This document shows, in pieces, positions 13,201 to 25,559 of a stretch of DNA of 56,367 nt. This stretch comes from Nemertoderma westbladi. Lineage: Eukaryota; Animalia; Xenacoelomorpha. Under the pieces are notes generated by a model. That model was given only the letters and a program-made list of their open reading frames with translations, had not been told where the DNA came from and searched no databases. The stretch lies in the NCBI GenBank assembly GCA_032718475.1, contig JAUCBJ010001331.1, positions 1 through 56,367 on the forward strand, given 5' to 3'. A program made the translations under genes and the position numbers. Positions within the stretch are counted from its first letter, which is position 1. Each line of letters starts with the position of its first letter.

Positions 13201-15415
13201 CTTCAGACCTAACAGGTTGACACATTGTTACAGGGGGTGGTGGTATACCCTTTTGTGTATTTACTAATTTATCGCGTTCTAATGCGATACTCTGCTGCAC
13301 TTCTTTCAACTCTAACCTACTTTCCCTTACTGTTCCCTTGAACTGTTGAACAGTCTCCTGCATCTGCCCGAGCAGGAGATCCATCCCCCGCCGTCTCTCA
13401 TCCACCCACTCGACCGCCGAAGTGGGAGCCGCCAACATATTAGCGGGTAGACGAGGGACAACGGGCGACAAATCATTGATATTTCGCTCGGAGTCCAGGA
13501 CAGGAACTGTCTCAGGGGCTGTTCTGCTGGGCACAGGTAGTTTAGTGCTGTGCAAAGGGAATTTAGAGTTGGGCTCTGGAAGTACAGGGGTCTCTATCAC
13601 AGAGGGGGTGGCTTCGAGAACAGGCCTAATTATTTCAGGCTCATCTACTATAGTAGGGAGTCTTTCTATTCTAATAATTTGGTCTGTGGATTCTGTGCTA
13701 CCTAAGTCTGTGCTAGCTAGTTGCCTTCTCACAGCTGAGGGCAGATTAGGCAATTTCTGACGGTGGGGCATTCTTCTACGCCTGCTGGGACGAGATCTAT
13801 TTCCTCCGCCTTCAGGATCAGTGGTATCGCCTTCATCTGATGATGTAAAGCCCTGTCGCTTGGGGGTGGATCGACTTATCATCTGCCACTGAGTAGCTGT
13901 TCTCTGTTTATCTATGTAGTCTTGCTTCTCTTGCAGATTTTCCAACACTAGTTGGGTGGTCTCTTCAGATGCTCTCCGTTCTGCTTCTGCCACTGCTATC
14001 TTTCTTTCCGCTTCTGCCACTTTTCTTTCTGCTTCTGCTGCTGCCACTGCTGCTTTTCTTTCCACTTCTGCCGCTTTTCTTTCCGCTTCTGCCGCTGCCT
14101 CTGCCGCCTTTCTTTCCACTTCTGCTGCTGCCTCTGCCGCTTTTCTTTCCACTTCTGCCGCTGCCTCTGCCGCTTTTGTTTCCACTTCTGCCGCTTTTCT
14201 TTCCGCTTCTGCCGCTGCCACTGCCGCTGCTGCTGTCTTTCTGTCTTCTATACGTTTTTTCTTTACTTGTTCTTCTTGGACCCTAGCGATGCGGCTGCTT
14301 TCATCAAATTTAGCTTGGTTTGCAGCTAACATTTCCGCATCTATTGTGTCCAGCACAAACTTGGCTCCTTCACTATTAGGGCGAAGTCCAGCCAGCCTTC
14401 TCCTCAACTCTTCGTCACCTAGAAATCATTGATAGTCTGACAGATAGATGTCAAGAGTGTCCTTCTTCTGCGGTTTCTCTGCTGTCGATTCGCTTTCCAC
14501 TTGAGAAAAGGTAGCGTCTGTTGATTCTCCGTGGGTTGAGTGCTCAGCCAGCTGAAATTTCCACTGGGCCGTTCCTTGAACCTTGAGACTCACCCGCTGG
14601 AACCAAGTCTTTACGGCAACTTGCAATGACGTGTCTTGTCTTCTTTTCGAAGCTTCCTCAAAGGCCGATAGGATTAGTCTGATTCTTAGAATTCTTTCTC
14701 GAACTTGATAAAGCAGCTCTCCCTGCTCTTGAGGTCCCTGGGGTTGTTGAAACAGTTGTTCCTCTAATCGCTCCAAAGAGCTGAAGAATCCCTGTACATA
14801 TCCTGCTGCCGACCTCTTCCATACAGCTGGATCACTAGTGTCTTTTGTCACTCCCATCCTGTGTAAGTCTTCCCAGGCAGCTTCCGATAAGTTAAACGGG
14901 TGTCCGGGTCCGGGGAAGTTCCATTGCGACTCGACAATAGACTTCAGTTCCTCCCTTGTGTATCCCGCATAACTGTCCTTGGTCGATCGCTTACTTCTCG
15001 CCCAATCGATTTGGTGTTCCTCCACCGCAATCAATACCCTAGTGAGTACGGCTGCAGGAAGAATGAGAAGGTGATCCGAATAAACCGCATCTGCCATTTT
15101 TGCTCCGCGCACGGGTGTCAGCTCTACAGTATCCGAACTACTGGAGCTGTCGGGCCGCTGAGAAATAAGTTCTCGGCTCGGGTGTTGCTGCTGTTTAACA
15201 GCTGCTTCTTGGTCCCGCTTGACTTGAGCCCTAGTGCCTATGATAGACCTACGGTGCTGGACTAGCCTAGGGTCTGATACTACTACTGGAGGGATGACCT
15301 TTCTTACAGTAGGAGGTGAGTTGAACTTCGGTCTCAAACGTTCAGCACTCCTATCTGGGTCACAGATGGTTGTATCTAGGAGACTGTCTGACAGGTTTTG
15401 CTTTGTGTCAGACAT
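7244..15415 (-). pseudogene. E1 gag-pol polyprotein, broken by stops and frameshifts
   Basis: ORF pieces 14426-15415, 12137-14407, 10566-12164, 8289-10448, 7538-8245 and 7244-7534 are collinear with the intact E2 polyprotein; RT YMDD is mutated to YMDY. Confidence 0.95.
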
Positions 15416-16194
15416 GTTTGTTTATACAGTTGAATGCCTACTGCTATAATTACAGTTAAAGCAAGTCTAGTAATTCAGTATCACTGTTAGCCTAGTAATT
15501 AATTACCGATATCGTTACTCTGTGTAACGTGATATATATACACAATATATTAGAATACCGGTATACACTTATAGTATATATAAGTATTATTACAGACTAG
15601 GTTTGTCACAGAATACCGGTATATAATTTCAGCTCAAGTATATATAAATATATAATAAGCCTACTGTGAATACCGGTATACAACTTACACTTATAATATA
15701 TAAGTATAATTATAGACTAGAATTAATTACAGAATACCGGTATATAATTTCAGCTTAAATTTATAGAAATAAATATAATAAGCCTATTGTAAATACCGGT
15801 ATGTCAATTATTTTAGAATAATTGAATTTCTGAATTTTTAGGGGTTACTTGGTTACTTTACTTTATTACCGTTATTTAAGCAGTAGTCCAACTGATATTA
15901 AGACCTAATTGATGTATAACAGGCCTACTGTTTTATAAATCGGTTTGAGTTGATTTATAATATATATATACCCGTATAATGGGTTTTTGTCAATGTTTGA
16001 AATAAATGTTATTATTTCTGGTAAGGAGTCACTTCACAGAAGCTAAACGCTCTCAGTGGAGTGCTACTTATTATTGTATTGGACACTAAAACAAATAATT
16101 CTACTTGCCTAAGTTACTTATTACTACAAATTATGTACAATTGCGGGGTGAGATTACAATCTCTAAATAAACACAAAAATTACACGTACAAATT

Positions 16195-17270
16195 TTTAGG
16201 GTTAATTTTACAAGAAATCTACAAACCAGCCTAACAAGGGGTTAGAATTTCTGGTTATTACAACGGACAGGATACTACGGTATTTGAAAATAATAAAGCA
16301 GTAGTAAATATATTGCGTTGTCTAGATAGGAAAAATACCACCGTCTGACAACTTATAGCCGTATCGCTATAAGTACTATGTTATGTACCCGGAGTGTTCC
16401 TACCTAGAAGTTAATTACCACAGCCTACTATAGCTAACGTGCCTATTAACCACTTTACAACACAAATATACTGCCTACACACTAATTACCTTCGGAAAGC
16501 ACTGTACACTAAACCCTAAATTAGGTACAAGTACTTATACAACAAATAACCAGCAGTTAAAAATACTTGTACAGCTAAAAGAACCACGGTATCTGCCGGA
16601 GTGACTAGAGCATAAAATCACCAGTCTTTACCTATGCCAAACAGCCCTGATGTAGTACCGGGGTTAATTTAACTATAACGGTATGTATAACAAGCACAAT
16701 TACTGTAGGAATAAACTTGGAGTGGTGAATGGGTTTAGGGTTAATTTTACAAGAAATCTACAAACCAGCCTAACAAGGGGTTAGAATTTCTGGTTATTAC
16801 AACGGACAGGATACTACGGTATTTGAAAATAATAAAGCAGTAGTAAATATATTGCGTTGTCTAGATAGGAAAAATACCACCGTCTGACGACTTATAGCCG
16901 TATCGCTATAAGTACTATGTTATGTACCCGGAGTGTTCCTACCTAGAAGTTAATTACCACAGCCTACTATAGCTAACGTGCCTATTAACCACTTTACAAC
17001 ACAAATATACTGCCTACACACTAATTACCTTCGGAAAGCACTGTACACTAAACCCTAAATTAGGTACAAGTACTTATACAACAAATAACCAGCAGTTAAA
17101 AATACTTGTACAGCTAAAAGAACCACGGTATCTGCCGGAGTGACTAGAGCATAAAATCACCAGTCTTTACCTATGCCAAACAGCCCTGATGTAGTATCGG
17201 GGTTAATTTAACTATAACGGTATGTATAACAAGCACAATTACTGTATGAATAAACTTGGGGTGGTGTATG
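16195..17270. repeat. 539-bp tandem duplication in the E1 5' leader
   Basis: TTAGGGTTAATTTTACAAGAAATC starts at 16196 and again at 16735; the two units are near identical; single copy in E2 and E3. Confidence 0.92.
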
Positions 17271-17919
17271 TTATGAATAATCGCATAAACTCTGAATAAT
17301 AAATATTACGCTACCCGTACAGACTCCACAAACAAAATACAGACCAAACGCTGGCAGACTGCTATCAAGCCTAAATAAACTACAGTATATGCAGACTCTG
17401 AAATGGTTAGTTAGTATGCATTCTAACCGAGTAGTACGACTTATTCTTTCAAGGGGGATTTACCTTACAGCACTGGATGCCCCCACGTTCCTAACTAGTA
17501 CTTTATCGGACATACTACACTCTACACACACTGCAATCTCTTCAGACCTAACAACAGCCAGACAACAATCCAGCCTACAAATTATTTATACAATCTGAGC
17601 AGGCTTACACGCCTTCTGCTCAATATTAACTTACAAATAAATAAAACTGACAGAAATAAGTAAAATCCCAATAAAAAAACAGGCGTCCCCGATTAAATAT
17701 TAAGACCTACCGGTATATAATTATCAAAATTGAATAATACTGCTGTACCTGTACTGTTGTAAGTACCGGTTCGGGTGGTTAGGCAGTCAGGCCTACTTGT
17801 TACCGGCCGACCGGTACTTTTACCTTTATTGCCTACGTTGCAATAAAGAAGCTATAACTGTTATTGTTCTTACCAGAACAATAGACAACTATATTTATTG
17901 CCTACACTGCAATCAGAAG

Positions 17920-17933
17920 CGTATAACTGTTAT
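17920..17933 (-). promoter_or_regulatory. E1 primer-binding site position, non-tRNA type (ATAACAGTTATACG)
   Basis: Abuts the 5' LTR end, lacks TGG, and is the exact inverted repeat of LTR 18651-18664. Confidence 0.8.
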
Positions 17934-19096
17934 TGTTCGCACTTTTAGACCTTTAGCAGTTTAACCTGCCAAATTTAGGTGTCTTCTAGGTTATAAATCG
18001 ACTTTAGCCTATAACAAGTATTTGATACACATAAAGTTACATTAGCCGAAGCCAGCCTATGTGCGATCATTCACCCACAGTTAAGGGAGACTGGATTCGG
18101 ATGCTCTGACCTTATTGCGGTGTAGGCCTACTGTACTATTCGATTGATCGTTAATATATAATCTCTGACAAATAGTATTCACTTTCGGGAAATATTAACA
18201 GTTCCTTTAGGACGTGGCGCTCTAAGTATGTAAACAGAGTTATGACTTACACTAAACACAACGGGATGGCTAATGATTCACGTATAAAGCGCATTCTTTA
18301 GGAAATGCTTTGTTATCTATCACACTCATGCACAATACCGCACACAGCTGCACACTGATCTGCCGACCTTCACTAATTTTAATCATATATAAGGAGAACA
18401 GCAACTGACACATGTAGGGTCTATGAAATAGCATTCAATTCACTCCAAAACCACTATAATGTGAGTCACAATTGCTATATGTAACCGGTCTCTCTAACCT
18501 TCAATATATCAAGAAGATTGGGGTTTTCTGATTATTTATCGATATTCTCCAAATATAACAACATATCCATCAAATGATAACACTTAATAACCGACAGTAA
18601 ATAGCAGTAAAATAATGCGGTGAAAGGTATGTATAGTATGATATGGGCTGATAACAGTTATACGTTTCTATGATCAAAGCCGTTCTAATGTTTGGCTAAA
18701 GTCTGAAACACAGAATAATTCCACAGCCGATGTTCTGGGCTCAGGAAAAAAGGTAAACAAAGACCATAATGCATTGCGCGATTTCCCGGAGGCTTCTGTG
18801 CAAATAAAATGAAAATCGCTCTGATTGGTCGAGCCGAACAAAGAACAAAAAAAAGCTCTACGTGGACATATCAGCTGATAGATGTCGTCATCTGAACTAC
18901 ACTGTATCAAGAGTATTTTGGCATATTGCGGCATAAAATCGCTAGTTATGTCCGCTAAAGTACACATACAGAAAAATGGCTTTTTATGTCCACTAAAACA
19001 CCTACACAGTAAGAAAACTGCTTTTTATGTCCGCTAAAACACCTACAGAGTACTTTGCGGGAAAAATGACTAGCTAGATCCGCAAAAGCCTTTACA
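17934..19096 (-). repeat. E1 5' LTR
   Basis: 1163-bp direct repeat of 2750-3912, followed by TSD TTCTG. Confidence 0.97.
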
Positions 19097-19649
19097 TTCT
19101 GAATCTCGTATTTTTCAATATTTGAAGTGCCACACCCTAATTTTGGTGGTCCAAAAAGGACGATCAGGCTTCGATAATATTTTCAATCGATTCAATGGTC
19201 CAGAAAACATATAAAAAAGCGTTGAAATTAAAAGATGGGGGTATTTTCCGAATATGGTGTTTTTCAAAATTTGAAGTGCCACGCCCACTTCTTAGGTGCG
19301 CAAAAAATAGCATCCAGTTCAATTTTCGGAAATGGAATATAATCACATTCGATTCAGCGTAGTGAATAACCTACTAATGCTAGCCAACAATGCCACACTA
19401 TCAGTTTTTAGAATATCAAAAAAATGTATATTTTGTCCTGGGACTACTTCTATTTTTCATGAAAATTATTATACCCACCTTGTGAAATTTTCATTTTTTT
19501 GGATATGAAAATGTTCTTCGATAATTTTTTCACCTACAGCCCAAATTTCGTAGGATTTTATTGGATGATTACAAAAATACAGCGGGGAGGGCGAATCGAC
19601 CCCCCGCCAGTGCTGCTAATGGTCTAAACACCCCAGTGGTAATGGTTAA

Positions 19650-20952
19650 CCCTATTAAACCCACCTCAATATGACCCCCTCCGTGGTTTTTTTATTATAA
19701 TTTTGAAACAAACGCAGTTGGGAATCTGAAATTTTATGACTTTTCCTAAAAATCTATTGTCTTCATAGTAGTGAAAACCGTTTTCAAAAATATTGGGTAC
19801 TTTTCGAGTTATAGCACCATTTTTTAACCCTACTTTTGGCACTTTTTTTGAGACGTTTTTTGAAAATTACATTTCATTAAATATGAATTGTAACATCTCT
19901 ATTTTTGATTTACACCGGTTTTTTGGTGTTAGAAATTGGATGGAATTCATATAAATTGATTTAGAAATTTCAAACTTGTTTTTTTCGGTGGGTGCTAAAT
20001 TTTGGTGCCAGCACCAAATTTTGAAATAAGTCAATTTTGTAAATTGATTGTTTGAAACTTATTTTTTACTTAATTGGAGTTTTTTGGGGTTCTGGATTCG
20101 ATGAAATATATACGAGTTGCACCAAGCGTATCAAACTTGTATTTTTCGGTGCTGTGTGCAAATTTTGGTGCTAGCACGAAATTTTGAAAATCCATTCAAT
20201 AGATAAAATTGCTTGTGACAATTTATTTCTTGCGTTTTAGAGGTTTATGGCTGTTCTGAATTCAATGGAAAATATAATTATCGAACTAGACATCTCAAAC
20301 TTGTATTTTTCGGATGTGGGTGCAAAATGTGGTGCTAGCACCAAATTTTGAAAACCATCAAATATATCAATTGATTGTGTAACCTGGTTTCTTGCGTTAT
20401 ACGGGTTTGTGATGGTTCTGAATTCAATGGAATCAGTAAAAATTTCATAAGAGTTATCAAACTTGTTTTTTTCGCCGGTGGGTGAAAATTATTGTGCCAG
20501 CACCAAATTTTTGAAAATATGCAAATTGATCAGTAGATAGTATCACCTTGTTTCTTGCGTTATACGGGTTTATGAGGGTCCTGAATCCGATGGAATCAAT
20601 AAAAACAGCACTGGACATCGCAAACTTTTACTTTTTGGTGATGGGTACGAAATTTGGTGCTAGCACCAAAATTTGCCAAATTACGCCGAAAAATACAAGT
20701 AGCAATGATCTGGCATATTAGAAATGTATTCCATTAGAATCAGCGCCCTCGAAAACCTGAAAATGTGAATTTATAGCATCGTATAAGTGAATTAAAATTT
20801 TGTGTTCTAACTGAAAAGTGCTGGTTACTTGTTTTTTTCATTTTTTTCCTACGCAGAGAGGACTAAACAGCCATTTATAGTAATCATATCATTTTTAAAT
20901 ATTTTCCAATGTATTTTGCACCCTAGAAAACCTGTATTGAAAAATAATTAGC
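19650..20952. mobile_element. Truncated copy of piggyBac-like MITE B
   Basis: Starts CCCTATTAAACCC right after TTAA 19646-19649; highly similar to 44193-45503, then diverges; lacks the right TIR. Confidence 0.85.
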
Positions 20953-21694
20953 TGATTAGCAAATTAATTTAATTATATTTTAATACCATTAACTATGTAC
21001 ATTGGCATAAGATAAGTTTTAACATTTCTTACAAATATTATAAAACTCAATAGTGGTGCGAGTTAAAAACTCAAATCACGCAAATTTAAAAGAACCGGGT
21101 GTGTTGTCATAATATCTATCTCCATCGGTTATTCTGCTTGACTGGATCTGGATCTGGCTGCGGCTTTGCTTTTGGGGTGGGGGTGCTGATTGAAAGGGGG
21201 GTTGAAGGGGGAACTGTCCCCCCTTTTTACTTTGACTGATTTGCGGTCTTGTTAAATTTCTTGGATATAGTTGTTGTGATGCTAAAATTTAATTTGTCTT
21301 TGATAATGTATTATTTTGTTTCATATTGTTTAGACCATCAATTTTCATAATATTAGTTTTTGTTTATACATTTGCTTTATAATATATTATATAATTTGTA
21401 TTTATTCATAAAATTGAATGAAACTGTTATCACTATTATTATCTTACTAGAACTACTGACACTAATGTGGAACAGCTAGGATATTTGCGCTTTGTTTATG
21501 TTTTAGTTTTAGTAACTATAGCTACCCCTTTCTATTGTTAGTTGTTAGTAGTTGTTAGGATTGCCTTAGCAGCCGGTGGTGTTGAAATATTCGTATGGAA
21601 ATGGAGTCTGCATTTATAATATAGGGTGGCTCTAGGGTGGGTTCAGGGTCATCACTTGCTTTTTTTTCATAAATATTCGGTAATCTTAGATCTT

Positions 21695-22876
21695 TGTTCG
21701 CGCTTTCAGACCTTTGGCAGTTTAACCCGCCAAATTAGGATGTCTGTTAGATAATAAATCACTTTAGCCTATGACAAATATTTGATTCACTACACTAGTC
21801 GAAACCAATCTGTGCGCGATCATTCACCCGCTGGATATACCCGGGAGATTGGGTTCGACGGCTTAATCTTATTGCTATGTAAGCTTAATGTATTATTCGA
21901 CTGACAGTATTATATAATCTCTGACAATATTATTCACCTTCGGGGAATATTAACAGTTCCTTTAGGACGTGGCGCTCTATCTATATAAACAGAGTTATGA
22001 CTTAAACTACTCACAACGATATGGCTTAGTTATAATTCACATATATGGCGCATTCTTTAGGAAATGCTTCGTTATCAGTCTCACTCATACACAATGCTGC
22101 ACAATACTGCACACTGATCTGCCGATCTTCACTGATTTTAGTTACATATAAAAGGAACACGGACTGACTCATGTAGGGTCTATCAAATAACATTAGATTC
22201 ACTTCAAACCACTTTAACATAAGTCACAATCGTTATATATAACCTTCCTCTCTTACCTTCGGTATATCAAGAATATTGGGTTTTCGGGGTTATTTATCGT
22301 TATTCCAAATATAATAATTCATCAACCAAATTATGAAGTACCGACAGTAAATAGCAGTATAACAATATAAGGTATGCACAATGTTACACAATATGCAGTG
22401 TCAGTGTGTTGAGACAATCAGGTTTGTTGTGATAACGGATATATGTCCTTATAATTAAGCCTACTAGTGTACGGCTAAAACAGAAAAGCACAAAATACTT
22501 CCAAGCCGTTCTTTCCTTGGCTCAGGACTGAATGTAAACACTGCACATAGGCATTGCGTCATTTCTCGGAAATTTTCTGTACAAGGAGCCACAAAAATGC
22601 TCTGATTGGCTGACTGAACTGAGAGACGCCGTAGAACAAAGGAAATCAACACGTATGAATGTCAGCTGTTAACCGTAGTCATAGTAACTACTGTTCAAGA
22701 GTAGCTATCACCCTTTTGCGTCACGAATTGCCATAGAATCATCAAATATGCCTTTCACAGTACACATACGGAGGAAATAGGTCTTAGATCCTCTAAAAAC
22801 ACCGATACAGCAATAATACGGTCTCTTACACCTATTAAATCAACTACAGAGTATTTTAATGTAAAAGATAATAAAA
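21695..22876 (-). repeat. E2 3' LTR, missing its first 31 bp (sense orientation)
   Basis: Matches 35923-37104; the segment equivalent to 37105-37135 is absent and the LTR is fused directly to accessory-ORF sequence. Confidence 0.95.
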
Positions 22877-23905
22877 GCTAGTCCAGCAAGGTAAGGTTGG
22901 CGAATATCTAACGAACCCACTACCGGAGTGCCGCCAATCAACTGTTCAGGTAACACCAGATCTTTGAACAGTGAGTATAGCTCGGGAGGATCCGTAATAC
23001 TATTAGGATCGAGAGTTTGAGGTAGCACTTGGGAATGAGGAGGTCTGACCGAGTATTCCGGAACTCTGATCATGGGTTTGTTCAATGATCGTTTAAGGCG
23101 CACGACCGTAGGTGACACGTCGAAAAGGTTACGCTCGAAACTCCCATAAGTATATCGCGTAAAACTGTGTTTAGCGCAACGTCTCCGCAGATGTTTATGC
23201 CTTTCGATCTTCTGGTTAGGTCTAGGGCATTCGTCACAGTAATACCAAAGACGTATGTCTTGAAGGGGAAACGCGGGTGATCGCTCTCCAGTTTTACAAT
23301 ATTCCTCCATCTGTTCGAAGCTATCTGGAACGACAGGTAGCGGTCGATCAGCGGTAAGATACATCATCGTAAAATAGAGCCGTTTGAGTTCCATCATAGG
23401 ATCTGGATGTATACCTTGAGGATATCGAGTTTCGAGGTTTTGTTGACTGGCAACATTGAGATAGGTCTCTCTTAAGAACTCTAGATAATCGTTGAAACCG
23501 TTACGTTTATCAGGTTCTTCAACGTCTTCTCTTTCTAGTTTGTTTCGAATAGAGTTCTCGTGTTCTATTCTCGATTTATCGTTTCGACTCCGCTGGGTAT
23601 GATATTTAAATAAAACCATTTCCCTTTTCGGTATCAACATCGTCAGTGTCGTGTAAATCAATAGGATGACCAGTGGTCAAGAAGTCCATATATGTACCAT
23701 TACGATGCGTATAGCGAGCAGTGAATTTTCTATAGTCCAATTCACGCGTAAGCTGTTCCTGGGACATTGGCAGTTCGATATAACGACCATCGTCTTCCGT
23801 AGTAGTTGGATCAACGTCGCCGCGTATCAAGCTATCGACAAACGCTTGTAAAGGTAGAGTATATCTCTCCCTGATACCAAGATCATCTTCTATTAATTCA
23901 GTCAT
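22877..23905 (-). pseudogene. E2 accessory ORF (unknown function), 1-bp frameshift and C-terminal truncation
   Basis: ORFs 23606-23905 and 22840-23661 join if one T is removed from the run at 23625-23628 (E1 has one fewer and reads DVDTEREMALF). Contains CDEC-x9-HKH-x4-CAKH. Confidence 0.8.
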
Positions 23906-25559
23906 ATCTGCTATACGAGTTCACCAATATTATAATGAGTTTATATATATATTAGGCGAGCGGGCGTCGCTGCCTACTTCTCCCGTGCCCCCGGACAGTG
24001 TGATTCTCAGCGCCGATGTACCGCTGTCGCTGTACTTTCGCCAACGACGTAGCCGTACAACGACAACGATAACCGGCACAAGTCACTACACTGTCCGTCC
24101 CAAAGGCTTAGATGTACTTCAGGTTTCCTTGGAGAGTTAGGTTACTTTCACGATTGCGACTAGCTACTGTAAACACACTTTAGCAGTAACATTCATCTAT
24201 AAACTCACAAATACCACACAACTGGTCACAAATACGCACATTCGGGCCATTTGTCCGTTAGTCAATGCCTTCCAGAATGTCACTGTATTTATTATGTATC
24301 CTTGGATACTAGTAGTGCGCTATTTATTCCCTATGCTTTTCAATGGGACAAGCTTTCTATTGTTCTTTTAACTCAATTCTAATTCTAGCGTGGTTGTTGC
24401 TATGGTGACATTATGCAAAGCTAGCGGTAGAATTAGGGTAATTCCAATGCATACAGATCTGGGATGTTATTTAATAGTATTCTTTAATAGTCAATGTTCT
24501 GTTTTATATATGACTTTATGAATTTTATCGGCTATTGACTATGTTTGGGAGACTTTCGCACACTCATATGCATAATAAGATAAATCTCCGCTCCCTTGAT
24601 CTATTAATTAATGGAATTTTGGGAATGTTATAAATTGCGTAAAAATGGCAATTTATTAAATTCATTAAAAGGCATGAATTTAAATTTATTCCCTAAAATT
24701 TTATTATTTGATAATTAACTGGACATATTTTGATTCCAGAACATGTCTGGGGACACAAGATCCTTAATTCTATGAAAATTGTCCTTTTAAGAATATCGGT
24801 AAATGCTACGATATCTTAATTGACTAGAATTGTTGAAGGATCTGAATTTTACAGATTTGATTTATTAGATTTGCAAATATTAAATAATTAATATTTGAGA
24901 TGGGCACCGATTTATTCCAGAACTTGTCTGGGGACGTTAACCACTGATTCTAAAATTTGTCTTTCAAGTATATCGGTGGGTGCCGCGATATCTTAATCGA
25001 CTAGAATTGCAGATGGTCAAAGGGTTTAACAGATTTATTTTGCGTTATACGCTACTGTTAAAGGGACATCATGCTACTATATGTATTATTTAATATACGG
25101 TATGAGAGCAATATCGCACGAAGCAATGTCAGTGTGAAGAGGCAAGTCGTTTCCAAGGTCTACCCAGAGCTTGGTTTAGCCGAGACACGAGGATCTGAAC
25201 TTTGCATTCCTAATACTCTGCCTACCAATAATACCTGAATATAGTAGTGGCTTTATTGTACTTTAATAAGTACGGACATTTCATCTTACTGTAGTTACGT
25301 ATTGATAATGTAATACGGACAGTAAGGAAAGAGAAAAAGAATTATTTCTCGCCGTCGCACTAAATATATAATATACGTAATTAAACAATAAACGCGAATA
25401 TATTGCACTAATCTACTAAATAATCTCTAAAATAACATGTTACTAAATAAAATTAAATAAAACGATTAAAATAAAATTACATAATAATACATACATAAAT
25501 ATAAAAATAAAACAAATACAAATATAAAATAATATGGTCACACACCCACTCCAGCCATT

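Larger units (their letters stand above)
2750..19096 (-). mobile_element. BEL/Pao LTR retrotransposon copy E1 (full length, coding regions degenerate)
   Basis: Two 1163-bp LTRs (TG...CA), 5-bp TSD TTCTG (2745-2749 and 19097-19101), Gag-PR-RT-RH-INT fragments on the minus strand. Confidence 0.97.
256..19645. mobile_element. Non-autonomous piggyBac-like DNA transposon (MITE A), split by nested insertions; own sequence is 256-388, 2007-2749 and 19102-19645 (about 1.4 kb)
   Basis: TTAA at 252-255 followed by CCCTATTACCACTGGGG; right end CCCCAGTGGTAATGG followed by TTAA at 19646-19649 (imperfect TIR). Internal TTTTGGTGCACCAAAA/TTAGGGCGTG-type repeats occur on both sides of the BEL insertion. No transposase. 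Confidence 0.7.

Noticed and set aside
13952-14432. Cys/Phe-, Leu/Pro- and Ala/Ser-rich ORFs (also 32317-32639 and 51493-51972)
   Set aside because: Antisense shadows of the AEAERK repeat in gag.
15555-15802. Regularly spaced palindromes resembling a CRISPR array (also 48224-48350 and 44515-45240)
   Set aside because: Spacers are mutually homologous, the context is eukaryotic TE sequence, and there are no cas genes.
16510-16520. TAAACCCTAAA telomere-like motif in the BEL leaders
   Set aside because: Single unit, no array; insufficient for a telomeric or telo-box call.
22840-22876. Hydrophobic C-terminus (AFIIFYIKILCS) of ORF 22840-23661 suggesting an Env TM anchor
   Set aside because: It is read-through into LTR sequence created by the E2 deletion; E1 continues with a different, hydrophilic sequence.
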